DNA of 64,000 nucleotides from Atopobiaceae bacterium (GCA_017510785.1 JAFWMH010000032.1:9763-73762); one strand, 5' to 3'; shown: positions 25,266-35,864, counted from the first letter of the stretch. Notes: generated by a model not told the origin, from the letters alone. A program made the numbers and translations.

Positions 25266-26271
25266 GACACATATCGGCTATGTTGTAGCGTGCCTCCCAG
25301 CCGAGCTGTTCGCGTGCCTTGGTGCAGTCGGCATAGTTGGCCGTAACGTCGCCAGCGCGACGCGGCTCAATAACGTAGGGCAAGTCGCGCCCGCACGCAG
25401 CCGAGAAGGCCTTTACGATTTCGAGCACAGATGTGCCTTGGCCGGTGCCGAGGTTAAACACTTCGCAACCGGTGCGTCCCGCCATCCACGTAAGCGCTGC
25501 GGCATGTCCCTCCGCCAAATCCATTACGTGTATGTAGTCGCGCACGCCGGTGCCATCGGGCGTGTCGTAGTCGTTGCCAAACACGTGTACTGCATCGCGA
25601 CGTCCCACGGCCACCTGCGCCACGTAGGGCAAGAGGTTGTTGGGGATGCCTTTGGGGTCCTCGCCCATAAGGCCCGACGGATGCGCGCCAATGGGGTTAA
25701 AGTAGCGCAGCAGCACTACGTTCCACTCGGGGTCGGCTACCACAAGAGAGCCAAGAATCTCCTCAATCATCCACTTGGTCCAGCCGTAAGGGTTGGTAGC
25801 AGGCTTCTTGGGGCTGGCTTCCGTGAGGGGGAGCTCGTCCGGATCGCCATAAACGGTGGCGGAGCTGCTAAAGATAATCGATTTGCAACCGTGGGCACGC
25901 ATGGCGTCTACGAGCGTGAGCGTGTTACCAATATTGTTGGAGTAATACTCGATGGGCTTTTGTACGCTTTCGCCTACGGCCTTAAAGCCCGCGAAGTGGA
26001 TAACGGCGTCGATGGTGTGCGCGTCGAACACGGCGTCGAGTGCCTCGCGGTCATTAACGTCAGCTTGGTAAAAGGTGAGCTTTTCGGCCGCGTCGGCACC
26101 AACGATTTGGTCGATGCGATCGAGGACCTTCTCGGAAGAGTTCGAAAGGTCATCGACGATGACGACCTCAACGCCCTGCTGGAGCAACACAACTACGGTG
26201 TGGCTACCAATGAATCCGCAGCCGCCGGTGACGAGCACACAGGTGTTTGAGGGCTGTGTTGTAATGCGCAT
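25216..26271 (-). CDS. galE: UDP-glucose 4-epimerase
   Basis: 351 aa with an AGGAG RBS. Rossmann motif VTGGCGFIGSH and catalytic YxxxK (NPYGWTKWMIE). Full-length collinearity with GalE proteins as recognised by eye. Confidence 0.93.
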   Translation of the reverse strand: MRITTQPSNTCVLVTGGCGFIGSHTVVVLLQQGVEVVIVDDLSNSSEKVLDRIDQIVGADAAEKLTFYQADVNDREALDAVFDAHTIDAVIHFAGFKAVGESVQKPIEYYSNNIGNTLTLVDAMRAHGCKSIIFSSSATVYGDPDELPLTEASPKKPATNPYGWTKWMIEEILGSLVVADPEWNVVLLRYFNPIGAHPSGLMGEDPKGIPNNLLPYVAQVAVGRRDAVHVFGNDYDTPDGTGVRDYIHVMDLAEGHAAALTWMAGRTGCEVFNLGTGQGTSVLEIVKAFSAACGRDLPYVIEPRRAGDVTANYADCTKAREQLGWEARYNIADMCRDSWNWQSTNPNGYEG

Positions 26272-26322
26272 ACGTGCTCCTAACTGTGATAACGGAAGAA
26301 CGAGTACGGGCCAAAAGAGCTG

Positions 26323-26595
26323 CTATTGCGCGCTGTCCCCGTCGTCCCTGCGTATAATTTTATAAACAATCCGCGCGAAGGCGAAGCCTGTTATGGCGAG
26401 AACAATGCATCGTATAATGGCGAGTGCGTAGTAGGGTGCCGCGCCGATGTTGGCGACAATGGCGGCCGAGCGCTCAGGTGACATCATTTCCAGTATGCTG
26501 TCGACGGCGTAGTACACGCAAAAGAACACGCAGATGCTGTACATCGCAATCTGCACGGACTTGCTTTGGACAAACGAATTCCAATCGCTGTGCAT
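26323..26595 (-). CDS. Small hypothetical membrane protein (90 aa, 2-3 TM)
   Basis: ATG 26595 preceded by GGAGAG. Hydrophobic segments IAMYSICVFFCVYYAV and APYYALAIIRCIVLAITGFAFA. Lies in the minus-strand string between DegV and galE. Confidence 0.5.
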   Translation of the reverse strand: MHSDWNSFVQSKSVQIAMYSICVFFCVYYAVDSILEMMSPERSAAIVANIGAAPYYALAIIRCIVLAITGFAFARIVYKIIRRDDGDSAQ

Positions 26596-26614
26596 GGGTA
26601 GTCTCTCCGTCTCA

Positions 26615-27502
26615 CTAATCTACGCGCTTGTCGCCCCAGAAGAACAGAGCGATGGTGCCGGGACCGGTATGGCTTCCAATTGTGGTGCCAATATCGTAAA
26701 TTTGCACGGACCCGTTGAGCTTGGGGAACGTGCTTTCGATCATGGCTGCAAGCTCCTCGGCGTCGGCCCGACATGCAGATTGGGAAATGTACACTTTGCC
26801 GGCGTAGTCGGTGCCCGTGTCGGCATGCTCTACCATCTTGGCAAGCGCTGCCTTTGCCGCGCGCTTCTTGGTGCGAATCTTTTCACGCGGAATGAGGCGA
26901 CCAAAGCGATCGACATTAAGCAGCGGACAAATCTTCAGCGCCGTTCCAAAGAATCCGGAAACCTTCGATACGCGGCCACCCTTAATGAAGAAGGTGAGGT
27001 CCGTGGAATAGAACCAGTGATGTACGTGCAAGCGGTTGGCGAGTGCCCAGCTATTGAGTTCCTCGAGCGGCATACCTGCGTCGCGAAGGTCGGCGAGCTT
27101 GTCCATGAGCAAACCATAACCCGACGAGGCGGCCAAGGAGTCCACTACATATATTAGTGCGCCTGGGTGCTCCTTCATCACTTCGCTCGCCGCAATCTCT
27201 GCCGATTGGATTACGCCCGAGATGCCCGACGAGAGCGTTACGTGCAGAATGTTCTTTCCCTCTGCGAGTATCTTTTCAAAATGATCCTTGAACTCCTGAA
27301 CGTTGATTTGCGACGTTTTGGTATCGGCACCCGCCGCCATGGCGTCGTAGAACGTCTGCGCGTCCATGGTTTGGTACAAATCGTCAAGATGCTGCACGCC
27401 ATCGAGCTCGTAATGGAAGGGCACCCACCGAATGTCGCGTCGGTTGAAGTGGTCTAAAGTGAGGTCTGCCGTCGAGCAGCACGAAAGTGCGTAATCAGCC
27501 AT
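26615..27502 (-). CDS. DegV family fatty-acid-binding protein
   Basis: Track ORF 26615..27571 trimmed to ATG 27502 (GGGAGA RBS). Starts MADYALSCCSTADLT... The overall DegV pattern is present (HVTLSSGISGVIQSAE..., YISQSACRADAEEL...). Confidence 0.9.
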   Translation of the reverse strand: MADYALSCCSTADLTLDHFNRRDIRWVPFHYELDGVQHLDDLYQTMDAQTFYDAMAAGADTKTSQINVQEFKDHFEKILAEGKNILHVTLSSGISGVIQSAEIAASEVMKEHPGALIYVVDSLAASSGYGLLMDKLADLRDAGMPLEELNSWALANRLHVHHWFYSTDLTFFIKGGRVSKVSGFFGTALKICPLLNVDRFGRLIPREKIRTKKRAAKAALAKMVEHADTGTDYAGKVYISQSACRADAEELAAMIESTFPKLNGSVQIYDIGTTIGSHTGPGTIALFFWGDKRVD

Positions 27503-27618
27503 GTTTTCTCCCGTCGAATGTCTCATTAGCTGTATGGTAGCACGTTGCGCGCGACGTTTACAAAAACACACGGTGGCATTGGCCTAATGTGGGTATGATT
27601 ATGCCCGGGAGGTAGTGC

Positions 27619-29979
27619 ATGAGCAATCACATCGGTTTAACGTCTGCGGAAGCGGCCGAACTCGTTCGCCAAGGCAAGGCGAACGTCATGCCCGGCAAAT
27701 CCAGCGAGAGCGCCGCCGCAATCGTTGCGTCCAACGTATTCACCTACTTCAACGCCATTTTTGCGGTGTTGGCCGTATTACTCATTATTGGAAGGTCGTA
27801 TAAGGACCTAACGTTTTTGCCGGTCGTCATCATTAACATGGTTATTGGCATCGTGCAGCAGTTGCGCTCCAAAAAAGTGCTCGACAAGTTGGCGTTGCTC
27901 GATGTGAACGAGTACATAGCCATTCGCGACGGTGCCGAAACGACGCTTGCCTCGGATGCGCTCGTGCTCGGCGATGTTGTGCGGCTCGAAAGCGGTCAGC
28001 AAATTCCGGCCGATGGCGTGGTTGTTGAGGGGGAGGGAAGCGCCAACGAGGCGTTGCTCACGGGCGAGGCCGATGAGGTGGCCAAGCGCGCGGGCGACGA
28101 GCTCATGTCGGGCAGCTTCCTTGTTTCGGGCTCGATGCTTGCGCGTCTTACTCATGTGGGCGCCGACTCCTACGCGGCCAAGCTTACGGCCGAGGCGAAG
28201 AAGTCGAAGGAAAAGAAGTCCGAGATGGTGGCCGATATCGAGCTCATCATTCTTTTGGCGGGCATCCTCATTCTTCCGGTTGGCGGCCTGTTGCTTTGGC
28301 AGGGCATGGTGGTTAACGGCATGAGTTATGCCGACTCCGTCACTTCCATGGTGGCGGCCGTTACGGGCATGATTCCCGAAGGCTTGTATTTGCTCGTTAC
28401 CGTGGCACTCGCCCTCAGTGCCATGCGCCTGGCACGGAGCAAGGTGTTGCTGCACGACATGCGCAGCATCGAGACGCTTGCGCGCGTGGATGTGTTGTGC
28501 GTAGACAAAACCGGTACGATTACCAGTGAGGACATGGGCGTTCAGGAGGTGTTCGCTGCCGTTGGCGAGGCGGACGACGAGCTAGCAAAAGCCACGGAAT
28601 TGCTGGCGTCCTACATACGAACCGTCCCCGATAACAACATCACTATGCAGGCGTTACGCACGCACTTTGGCGAGGCTGGGCCGCTCGACGCCACCGAGGT
28701 AGCCGGGTTCTCGTCGAAGCTCAAGTATTCGCAAGTCGTTACGCCCGAATGCGTGTATAGGTTCGGCGCGCCAGAGTATTTGCTCGGCACGGAGCGGATG
28801 GCGCAAAATCGCGCGCTCATCGAGGAGCGTACGGGCGCGGGGATGCGCGTGCTTGTGTTGGTCTCTGGCTGCCTTGCGCCCTCGGAGGAGGAGACGCTGG
28901 CATCGGCGACCATGCCCGATGCCAAGCCGCTCCTGTTCGTGGCGCTGCGAAACGAGGTGCGTCCCGATGCGCGCGAGACGTTTGCCTACTTTGCTGAGCA
29001 AGGCGTGCGCACTGTGGTTATTTCGGGCGATAACCCCCTTACCGTTTCGAAGGTTGCCTTGGACGCCGGCATCGAGGGTGCCGAGCTCTATGTGGACGCC
29101 ACTTCCCTCGAGACGCCCGACGACATGCGCCATGCAGTGCGCACCTACACCGTGTTTGGTCGCGTGAAGCCCGAGCAAAAGCGCGCGTTGGTAAACGCCT
29201 TCAAGGACGAGGGGCTTAAGGTTGCCATGACGGGTGACGGCGTCAACGACATTCTTGCCATGAAGGAGGCCGACTGTTCCATCGCCATGGGTGGCGGCTC
29301 CGACGCGGCACGTCAGGCGGCTCAGGTCGTGCTGCTCGACTCGGACTTTTCTCATATGAAGGAAATCGTGGGCGAAGGTCGGCGCGACATTAACAACATC
29401 ACGCGTTCGGCCACGCTGTTTCTCTACAAGAACATCTTTTCCCTCGCGCTTTCGCTGTTCTCGATTTTCGGCGCATTCGTGTACCCGTTGCAACCCAACT
29501 CGGTATCGCTCATCTCAATGTTCAACATTGGCGTGCCGGCGTTCTTCCTCGCGTTTGAGCCCAACGAAAAAAAGCAGGAGGGACGTTTTTTCGTGGAGGT
29601 GCTCTACCGCTCCCTGCCAGCGGCGCTCACTTCGTTTGTGGCGATTGCGTGTATGGTGGTTTTTGCCGACCTGTTCGAAATCTCCTATACCGACGTAAGC
29701 ACGGCAAGCGCGTATCTGCTTTCGGTGGTGGGCTTCCTAATCCTCATCGCGCTCATCACGCCGCTTAACAAATATCGCCTTATGGTGCTGTTCCTGTGCG
29801 TTGCGGGTCTCATCGTTGGCTGTGGCTTCTTCTACAAGCTGTTCGACATCCACGACCTTTCCACGCGCGCGCTGGTCCTGTGCGTGGTGTTCGCCTTTGC
29901 CGAGGGCGGTGTAATTCGCATTTTCGAGTTCGTCGTGTGGTGGACCCGCCGTCGGCTTCGTGCTCACAAGCCGCTATAA
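27619..29979 (+). CDS. Cation-translocating P-type ATPase (HAD-IC, P2-like)
   Basis: 786 aa. Phosphorylation motif CVDKTGTIT, actuator LTGEADEV, hinge MTGDGVNDILAMKEADCSIAMG, multiple TM helices. GGGAGG RBS. Confidence 0.93.
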   Translation: MSNHIGLTSAEAAELVRQGKANVMPGKSSESAAAIVASNVFTYFNAIFAVLAVLLIIGRSYKDLTFLPVVIINMVIGIVQQLRSKKVLDKLALLDVNEYIAIRDGAETTLASDALVLGDVVRLESGQQIPADGVVVEGEGSANEALLTGEADEVAKRAGDELMSGSFLVSGSMLARLTHVGADSYAAKLTAEAKKSKEKKSEMVADIELIILLAGILILPVGGLLLWQGMVVNGMSYADSVTSMVAAVTGMIPEGLYLLVTVALALSAMRLARSKVLLHDMRSIETLARVDVLCVDKTGTITSEDMGVQEVFAAVGEADDELAKATELLASYIRTVPDNNITMQALRTHFGEAGPLDATEVAGFSSKLKYSQVVTPECVYRFGAPEYLLGTERMAQNRALIEERTGAGMRVLVLVSGCLAPSEEETLASATMPDAKPLLFVALRNEVRPDARETFAYFAEQGVRTVVISGDNPLTVSKVALDAGIEGAELYVDATSLETPDDMRHAVRTYTVFGRVKPEQKRALVNAFKDEGLKVAMTGDGVNDILAMKEADCSIAMGGGSDAARQAAQVVLLDSDFSHMKEIVGEGRRDINNITRSATLFLYKNIFSLALSLFSIFGAFVYPLQPNSVSLISMFNIGVPAFFLAFEPNEKKQEGRFFVEVLYRSLPAALTSFVAIACMVVFADLFEISYTDVSTASAYLLSVVGFLILIALITPLNKYRLMVLFLCVAGLIVGCGFFYKLFDIHDLSTRALVLCVVFAFAEGGVIRIFEFVVWWTRRRLRAHKPL

Positions 29980-30096
29980 CGTGAGGCGCATCCTCTGAGG
30001 TTCGTCTTCAGAAGTTTGTCGTGTGTTTAGTTGGCAAAAGGCACAAATTGCGCTAAGATGCAAGATGTTCATCGGCAAACGACAGGAGTCCATACG

Positions 30097-30669
30097 ATGA
30101 GGTTGATGGAAGAGAAGATCCTTCGCGAAGGCGAAGTGCTTCCAGGAGATATCCTTAAGGTTGGCAGCTTTCTTAACCAAAACATCGATACCGAATTTCT
30201 GGGCCAGATGGCCGAGGAAATCGCGCGTCTGTTTGCAGATAAGGGCGTCACCAAAATACTCACAATAGAGGCGAGTGGAATAGCCATTGCGGCTGCGGCG
30301 GGCATGTCGATGGGCGTGCCCGTATTGTTTGCGAAAAAGCACCGTACGTCTAACGTCGATGGCAGCGTGTATTCGTCGGTGGTTCACTCGTTCACGCATA
30401 ACGAGGATTACAACGTTGTGGTGAGCCGCGATTACCTCAATGCTGACGATCGCGTACTGCTCGTCGACGACTTCTTGGCGAGCGGTAATGCATTGCGTGG
30501 TCTTATCGACTTGTGCAATCAAGCGGGGGCAACGCTGGTGGGCGTGGCCGTTGCCGTGGAGAAGTGCTTCTCCGGCGCGGGCGACGTTTTTCGTGCGCAG
30601 GGTATTCAGGTTGAGTCCCTCGCGGCAATTGAGTCTATGTCGGAAGACGAAATCGTCTTTCGTGCATAA
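30097..30669 (+). CDS. xpt: Xanthine phosphoribosyltransferase
   Basis: Track ORF 30031..30669 trimmed to ATG 30097 (AGGAG 8 nt upstream). Reads MRLMEEKILREGEVLPGDILKVGSFLNQNID...ILTIEASGIAIAAAAG...VLLVDDFLASGNA, closely collinear with Bacillus Xpt. Confidence 0.92.
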   Translation: MRLMEEKILREGEVLPGDILKVGSFLNQNIDTEFLGQMAEEIARLFADKGVTKILTIEASGIAIAAAAGMSMGVPVLFAKKHRTSNVDGSVYSSVVHSFTHNEDYNVVVSRDYLNADDRVLLVDDFLASGNALRGLIDLCNQAGATLVGVAVAVEKCFSGAGDVFRAQGIQVESLAAIESMSEDEIVFRA

Positions 30670-30712
30670 GTTAAGCAAGGGAACGAGCTTGTTCCAAAGA
30701 GAAGGGGAGAAC

Positions 30713-31981
30713 ATGAAGGTATTCGACAAGATGGTTATGAGTCGTCGTTCGGTTGTTACGCTTGGCTTGGCCGGCGGCGCGGCTCTCTCGCTTGCGGCAT
30801 GCGGTGGCTCCTCCACCAGCGCCGAAAGCTCCGATGCGGCAGCGACTGCCGATTCGAGTGAGGGTGCAACCATCGAAGGCATTAAGGCCGGTCTGATCTG
30901 CCTACATGACGAGCAGTCCACGTACGACAAGAACTTCATTGATGCCTTTAAGAGCGCGTGCGAGAACCTGGGCATCGAGAGCGAGATAAAAACCAACATT
31001 CCCGAGGGCCAAGAGTGCTACGATGCAGCGTGCGAGCTCGTAGACGATGGCTGCAACATCATTTTTGCCGACTCCTTTGGCCACGAGGACTTCATGATTT
31101 CCGCGGCCGAGGAAAACCCCGAAGTGCAGTTCTGCCATGCGACGGGCGTGAAGGCACACACCAGCAACCTTCCTAACTTCCACAACGCATTTGCCTCCAT
31201 CTACGAGGGCCGCTACCTCGCAGGTATCGCAGCTGGCATGAAGATTAAGGAAATGATCGAGGCTGGCGACATCAAGGAAAACGAAGCCAAGATGGGCTAC
31301 GTCGGCGCGTATCCGTACGCCGAGGTGAAGAGCGGCTACACCTCCTTCTACCTGGGCGCCAAGTCCGTTGTCCCCAGCGTTACCATGGACGTTACCTTCA
31401 CCAACTCTTGGTACGACGAGACGGCCGAGAAGGAGGGCGCCAACAAGCTCATCGACGACAAGTGCGTTCTCATTAGCCAGCATGCCGACTCCATGGGCGC
31501 TCCCACGGCCTGCGAAAACGCCAACATCCCCAATGTGAGCTACAACGGCTCCACGGTTGCAGCCTGCCCCAAGACGTTCATCGTTTCCAGCCGCATCGAC
31601 TGGGCTCCTTACTATGAGTACGCAGTGGGTTGCGTGCAAAACGGCGAGGCAATCGACGTCGACTGGGTTGGTACCCTTTCCACCGGTTCCGTGCTTCTTA
31701 CCGAGCTCAACGATGCTGCGGCCGCCAAGGGAACCGCTGAGGCCATCGAGACGGCCAAGTCGCAGCTCGAGGACGGCACCCTGCATGTGTTCGACACCTC
31801 GACCTTCACGGTGAAGAAGAAGGAGCTCACGAGCTACAAGGCCGACGTGGACTTCGACGAGAAGTACGAGCCCGATACCGAGGTTATCTCCGATGGCTAC
31901 TTCCACGAGTCCGAGAACCGCTCCGCGCCGTACTTCGATATTGATATTGATGGCATCACCATTCTTGGCCAGAAGAAGTAG
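30713..31981 (+). CDS. BMP-family (PnrA/NupN-like) nucleoside-binding lipoprotein of an ABC transporter
   Basis: Track ORF 30440..31981 trimmed to ATG 30713 (GAAGGGGAGA RBS). Signal peptide with an RR-like n-region (MSRRSVV) and lipobox LSLAAC. BMP-type body (GLICLHDEQSTYDKNFIDAF...). Confidence 0.9.
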   Translation: MKVFDKMVMSRRSVVTLGLAGGAALSLAACGGSSTSAESSDAAATADSSEGATIEGIKAGLICLHDEQSTYDKNFIDAFKSACENLGIESEIKTNIPEGQECYDAACELVDDGCNIIFADSFGHEDFMISAAEENPEVQFCHATGVKAHTSNLPNFHNAFASIYEGRYLAGIAAGMKIKEMIEAGDIKENEAKMGYVGAYPYAEVKSGYTSFYLGAKSVVPSVTMDVTFTNSWYDETAEKEGANKLIDDKCVLISQHADSMGAPTACENANIPNVSYNGSTVAACPKTFIVSSRIDWAPYYEYAVGCVQNGEAIDVDWVGTLSTGSVLLTELNDAAAAKGTAEAIETAKSQLEDGTLHVFDTSTFTVKKKELTSYKADVDFDEKYEPDTEVISDGYFHESENRSAPYFDIDIDGITILGQKK

Positions 31982-32134
31982 TTTGAGTACACACTCATGA
32001 ATCATTAGCGTCAAAGAGGGGGTATCCCCAATGCCGGAAGGTTCGAGGGTTTCGCAAACCCTTAATGCACGGCTTGGGGGTGCCCCTTTTGGATTTCGTT
32101 TTTCCTGCAATATTGGTTCGACCGTTAGGAAGCC

Positions 32135-33676
32135 ATGGCACAACAGCAACCAGCAATACGCATGCGCAACATCTGCAAGTCGTTCGGGTCGGTCCAGGCA
32201 AACCACAACATGAACTTGGACGTGTATCGTGGCGAGATTCTGGCCCTTTTGGGCGAGAATGGCAGTGGCAAAACGACGCTTATGAACATGCTTTCGGGCA
32301 TCTATTATCCCGATAGCGGCACCATAGAAATCGACGGCAAGCGCGTTAACATTTCCTCACCCAAGGACTCCTTCGATTACGGCATTGGCATGATTCACCA
32401 GCACTTCAAGCTGGTTAACGTGTTCACAGCGGCCGAGAACATCGTACTCGGCGTCAAGGAAAAGGGGAAGTTCAACATCGACGCGGCCGTGGAACGTATA
32501 AAGGAGATATGCGACACCTACGGCTTCGACGTTGATCCTTATCAAAAAATATACGATATGTCCGTCTCGCAAAAGCAGACGGTGGAAATCGTGAAGCAAC
32601 TGTACCGTGGAGCCGAAATCCTCATTTTGGACGAGCCCACTGCCGTGCTTACGCCGCAGGAAACAGATAAACTCTTTGCGGTATTGCGCAACATGCGCGC
32701 CAACAACAAGGCGGTTGTTATTATTACCCACAAGCTCAACGAAGTGGAAAACATCAGCGACCGCGTGGTGGTGCTTCGCAAGGGCGAATACGTGGGCGAG
32801 ATGATAACCTCCGAAACCACGCAGCAAGAGATGACCAACATGATGGTGGGACGTCAGATCTCGCTCAACATTGAGCGGCCCGATCCCGAGATGAAGTACC
32901 GGATGAAGCGCATCGTGGTGAAAAACCTTACGGTTAAGAACCGCGAGGGAGTGACCAAGCTCGATGACGTGTCGTTTGATGCGTGGACGGGCGAGATTTT
33001 GGGCATCGCGGGCATTTCTGGTTCGGGGCAAAAGGAGCTGCTCGAGGCCATTGCCGGGCTGCAGCCCGTCGAGAGCGGCAGCATTGAGTACATGGTGGAC
33101 GTGGACGAACCCGTGCAGCTCATTGGCATGGACCCCGTAAAGATTGCCGACATGGGCGTGGCGCTCTCGTTCGTGCCAGAGGACCGCTTGGGCATGGGAC
33201 TTGTGGGCAGCATGGGTGTGACGGACAACATGATGCTGCGTTCGTTCCGCAATGGCCCCACTCCCTTTACCGATCGAAAGGACCCGAAGCACCTGGCGGA
33301 GGTTGTTGTAGACGAGCTCGAGGTCGATACGCCTGGTATTGCAACGCCTGTGCGCCGTCTTTCGGGCGGAAACGTGCAAAAGGTGCTCGTGGGACGCGAG
33401 ATTGCCTCGGCGCCAACCGTGCTGCTTTCGGCCTATGCCGTGCGTGGCCTCGACGTTAACTCGTCGTATCTTATTTACGATTTGCTCAACATGCAAAAGG
33501 GCAACGGTGTTGCCGTTGTGTACGTGGGCGAGGACCTAGACGTGCTCGTAGAGCTGTGCGACCGCATTCTTGTGTTGTGCGGCGGCAAGGTGAGCGGCAT
33601 TGTGGACGGACGCAAAACCGACAAGAACGAGGTGGGACTCATGATGACAAAGCTCGGGGGAGGTGAGGCCCAGTGA
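32135..33676 (+). CDS. ABC transporter ATP-binding protein, duplicated ATPase (sugar/nucleoside type)
   Basis: 513 aa. Two cassettes with Walker A GENGSGKTT and GISGSGQKE, and the signature LSGGNVQKV. Confidence 0.93.
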   Translation: MAQQQPAIRMRNICKSFGSVQANHNMNLDVYRGEILALLGENGSGKTTLMNMLSGIYYPDSGTIEIDGKRVNISSPKDSFDYGIGMIHQHFKLVNVFTAAENIVLGVKEKGKFNIDAAVERIKEICDTYGFDVDPYQKIYDMSVSQKQTVEIVKQLYRGAEILILDEPTAVLTPQETDKLFAVLRNMRANNKAVVIITHKLNEVENISDRVVVLRKGEYVGEMITSETTQQEMTNMMVGRQISLNIERPDPEMKYRMKRIVVKNLTVKNREGVTKLDDVSFDAWTGEILGIAGISGSGQKELLEAIAGLQPVESGSIEYMVDVDEPVQLIGMDPVKIADMGVALSFVPEDRLGMGLVGSMGVTDNMMLRSFRNGPTPFTDRKDPKHLAEVVVDELEVDTPGIATPVRRLSGGNVQKVLVGREIASAPTVLLSAYAVRGLDVNSSYLIYDLLNMQKGNGVAVVYVGEDLDVLVELCDRILVLCGGKVSGIVDGRKTDKNEVGLMMTKLGGGEAQ

Positions 33677-34755
33677 TGCACATTACCAAGCGCAAGGAGA
33701 TGCCCATTGGCCAGGCCATTGCCATTCGCTTAGGTGCGATTGTGGTGGCGCTCGTCGTGTGCGGCGTTCTTACGGCGTGCCTTACCGGCCTCAATCCGGT
33801 GGACGTGTATGCCGCCATGCTGAAGGGCGCCTTTGGCTCGCCCCGCAAGATTTGGGTGCTCCTGCAGGAAATTGCCATTTTGCTGTGCGTGTCGCTGGCC
33901 CTCACGCCGGCGTTTCGCATGAAGTTTTGGAACCTGGGCGGCGAAGGACAAGTACTTATGGGAGGCCTTGCCTCGGCGGCATGCATGCTGTTGCTGGGCG
34001 ACAAGCTCCCTGGCCCTGCGCTCATTGCGGTGATGTTTGTTACCTCGCTGGCGGCGGGCGCGGTGTGGGCGTTCATTCCGGCGATGTTCAAGGCAAGGTG
34101 GAACACCAACGAAACGCTGTTTACGCTCATGATGAACTACGTCGCCACGCAAATCGTCGCGTTCTACACCATTCGATGGGAGTCACCGAAGGGCTCGGGC
34201 AAGATTGGCGTAATAAATCAGGCATCGCATGCTGGTTGGTTGCCGCAGGTTGGTCCCTCCAAATACTTGCTCAACATCCTGCTCGTCGCCATCCTTACCG
34301 TGCTCGTGTACGTATACCTTAAGTACACCAAACAGGGATACGAGATTTCGGTCGTGGGCGAAAGCGTGAACACCGCCCGTTACGCCGGCATAAAGGTGGA
34401 GCGAGTCATCTTGCGCACCCTGTTGGTTTCGGGTGCGATTTGCGGGTTTGCGGGATTTCTCTTGGTGGGTGGAACCGACCACACCATTACGACGACCATA
34501 GCAGGTGGCCGTGGATTCACCGCCGTTATGGTTTCGTGGCTTGCCGGATTCAACCCTGCCGTTATGGTGTTTGGCAGCTTCCTTTTGGCGTTTATGGATG
34601 CCGGCGCGGGCGAGATTTCCACGGCGTTTATGCTCAACCACAGTTTTGGCGACATCCTCACCGGTATTATCTTGTTCTTCATCATTGGCTGTGAGTTCTT
34701 CGTAAACTATAAGGTGCGTTTCGAGAGCAAGAGGGAGGTGGCGGAAGGTGTTTAG
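33673..34755 (+). CDS. ABC transporter permease (BMP/nucleoside system)
   Basis: 360 aa, polytopic. The start overlaps the ATPase stop (GTGATG). Confidence 0.9.
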   Translation: MMHITKRKEMPIGQAIAIRLGAIVVALVVCGVLTACLTGLNPVDVYAAMLKGAFGSPRKIWVLLQEIAILLCVSLALTPAFRMKFWNLGGEGQVLMGGLASAACMLLLGDKLPGPALIAVMFVTSLAAGAVWAFIPAMFKARWNTNETLFTLMMNYVATQIVAFYTIRWESPKGSGKIGVINQASHAGWLPQVGPSKYLLNILLVAILTVLVYVYLKYTKQGYEISVVGESVNTARYAGIKVERVILRTLLVSGAICGFAGFLLVGGTDHTITTTIAGGRGFTAVMVSWLAGFNPAVMVFGSFLLAFMDAGAGEISTAFMLNHSFGDILTGIILFFIIGCEFFVNYKVRFESKREVAEGV

Positions 34756-35740
34756 TTTCCTCGTTTCCTTCATTCCCCGTGCGGTGGTGCAGAGCATTCC
34801 GCTCCTGTTTGGCAGTACGGGCGAGATAGTTTCCGAGAAGTCTGGCAACCTCAACCTTGGTATTCCGGGAGTTATGTATGTAGGTGGCATTTGTGGCGTA
34901 ATCGGTGCGTTCTTTTACGAGCACTCGGCGGGCGGCGAGCTTAACCCAGCGCTTGGCATTGGCATTCCGCTGCTGTGCTGCCTTGTCGGCTCGCTCCTCA
35001 TGGGGTTGCTGTATTGCTTCCTTACGGTTAACCTGCGCGCGAACCAAAACGTTACCGGCCTTGCCATGACGACGTTTGGCGTGGGTTTTGGCAACTTCTT
35101 TGGCGGATCGCTCATCAAGCTCGTCGGTGCGGAGATTCCCACCATTTCGCTTTCGGCCACGAGTCACTTGTACCGCACCAAGCTGCCGTTTGCGGAGGGC
35201 TTGGGCTGGTTCGGTCAAATCTTCTTTTCGTACGGATTCCTCGCGTATGTGGCCATAATTATTGCCGTTGCCGCTTCGTACATGCTTAACCACACGCGCG
35301 CTGGCTTGCAGTTGCGTGCAGTGGGTGAAGATCCTGCCACGGCAGACGCTGCGGGCATTGGCATTACGAGGTACAAGTATCTGGCCACGTGCTCCGGCTG
35401 CATGATTGCGGGCCTTGGCGGGCTGTACTACGTTATGGACTACGCCAACGGCATTTGGGCCAACGACGCCTTTGGCGACCGCGGTTGGTTGGCCATCGCA
35501 CTCGTCATCTTTACCATTTGGCGTCCCAACGTGAGCATTTTTGCATCGATTTTGTTCGGCGGGTTGTACATTCTGTACATATTTATACCGACGGGTACCG
35601 ACCTTGCCGTTAAGGAACTCTACAAGATGCTTCCGTACGTCGTTACCATCGTGGTGCTCGTTATTTCGAGCTTGCGCAACAAGCGAGAAAACCAGCCACC
35701 CGAACACCTGGGCTTACCGTATTTCCGCGAGGATCGCTAA
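34748..35740 (+). CDS. ABC transporter permease (BMP/nucleoside system)
   Basis: 330 aa, polytopic. 8-nt overlap with the preceding permease. Confidence 0.9.
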   Translation: MFSFLVSFIPRAVVQSIPLLFGSTGEIVSEKSGNLNLGIPGVMYVGGICGVIGAFFYEHSAGGELNPALGIGIPLLCCLVGSLLMGLLYCFLTVNLRANQNVTGLAMTTFGVGFGNFFGGSLIKLVGAEIPTISLSATSHLYRTKLPFAEGLGWFGQIFFSYGFLAYVAIIIAVAASYMLNHTRAGLQLRAVGEDPATADAAGIGITRYKYLATCSGCMIAGLGGLYYVMDYANGIWANDAFGDRGWLAIALVIFTIWRPNVSIFASILFGGLYILYIFIPTGTDLAVKELYKMLPYVVTIVVLVISSLRNKRENQPPEHLGLPYFREDR

Positions 35741-35805
35741 AGAACCGTTAGATCCTGTTGTGTGGCCGTTGGCGCTGTGAGCCCAGCGGCCTCTTTCTTA
35801 GCGTC

Positions 35806-35864
35806 GAAATTTAAAAATTGCAAAAGAATTTAAAAAACGCAAAAGAATTTAAAAATCGCAAAAA
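35806..35864 (+). repeat. AT-rich triple direct repeat (19-20-nt unit) upstream of the pilin-like operon; candidate regulator binding sites or curved DNA
   Basis: GAAATTTAAAAATTGCAAAA / GAATTTAAAAAACGCAAAA / GAATTTAAAAATCGCAAAA. About 85% A+T within a GC-rich genome. Confidence 0.7.

Noticed and set aside
29980-30096. A purine riboswitch upstream of xpt.
   Set aside because: The 117-nt leader shows none of the conserved purine-riboswitch loop/junction sequences (no UAUAAU...CCGUAAAU-like core) and is too short for an aptamer plus expression platform. A covariance-model search (Rfam purine) would be decisive.
32046-32090. Intercistronic hairpins between the BMP lipoprotein gene and the ABC ATPase gene (AGGGTTT-CGC-AAACCCT, then GGGG-GTG-CCCC followed by TTTT).
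   Set aside because: The stems are short (7 and 4 bp). This is plausibly a partial attenuator setting binding-protein excess, but it is too weak to call from sequence alone.
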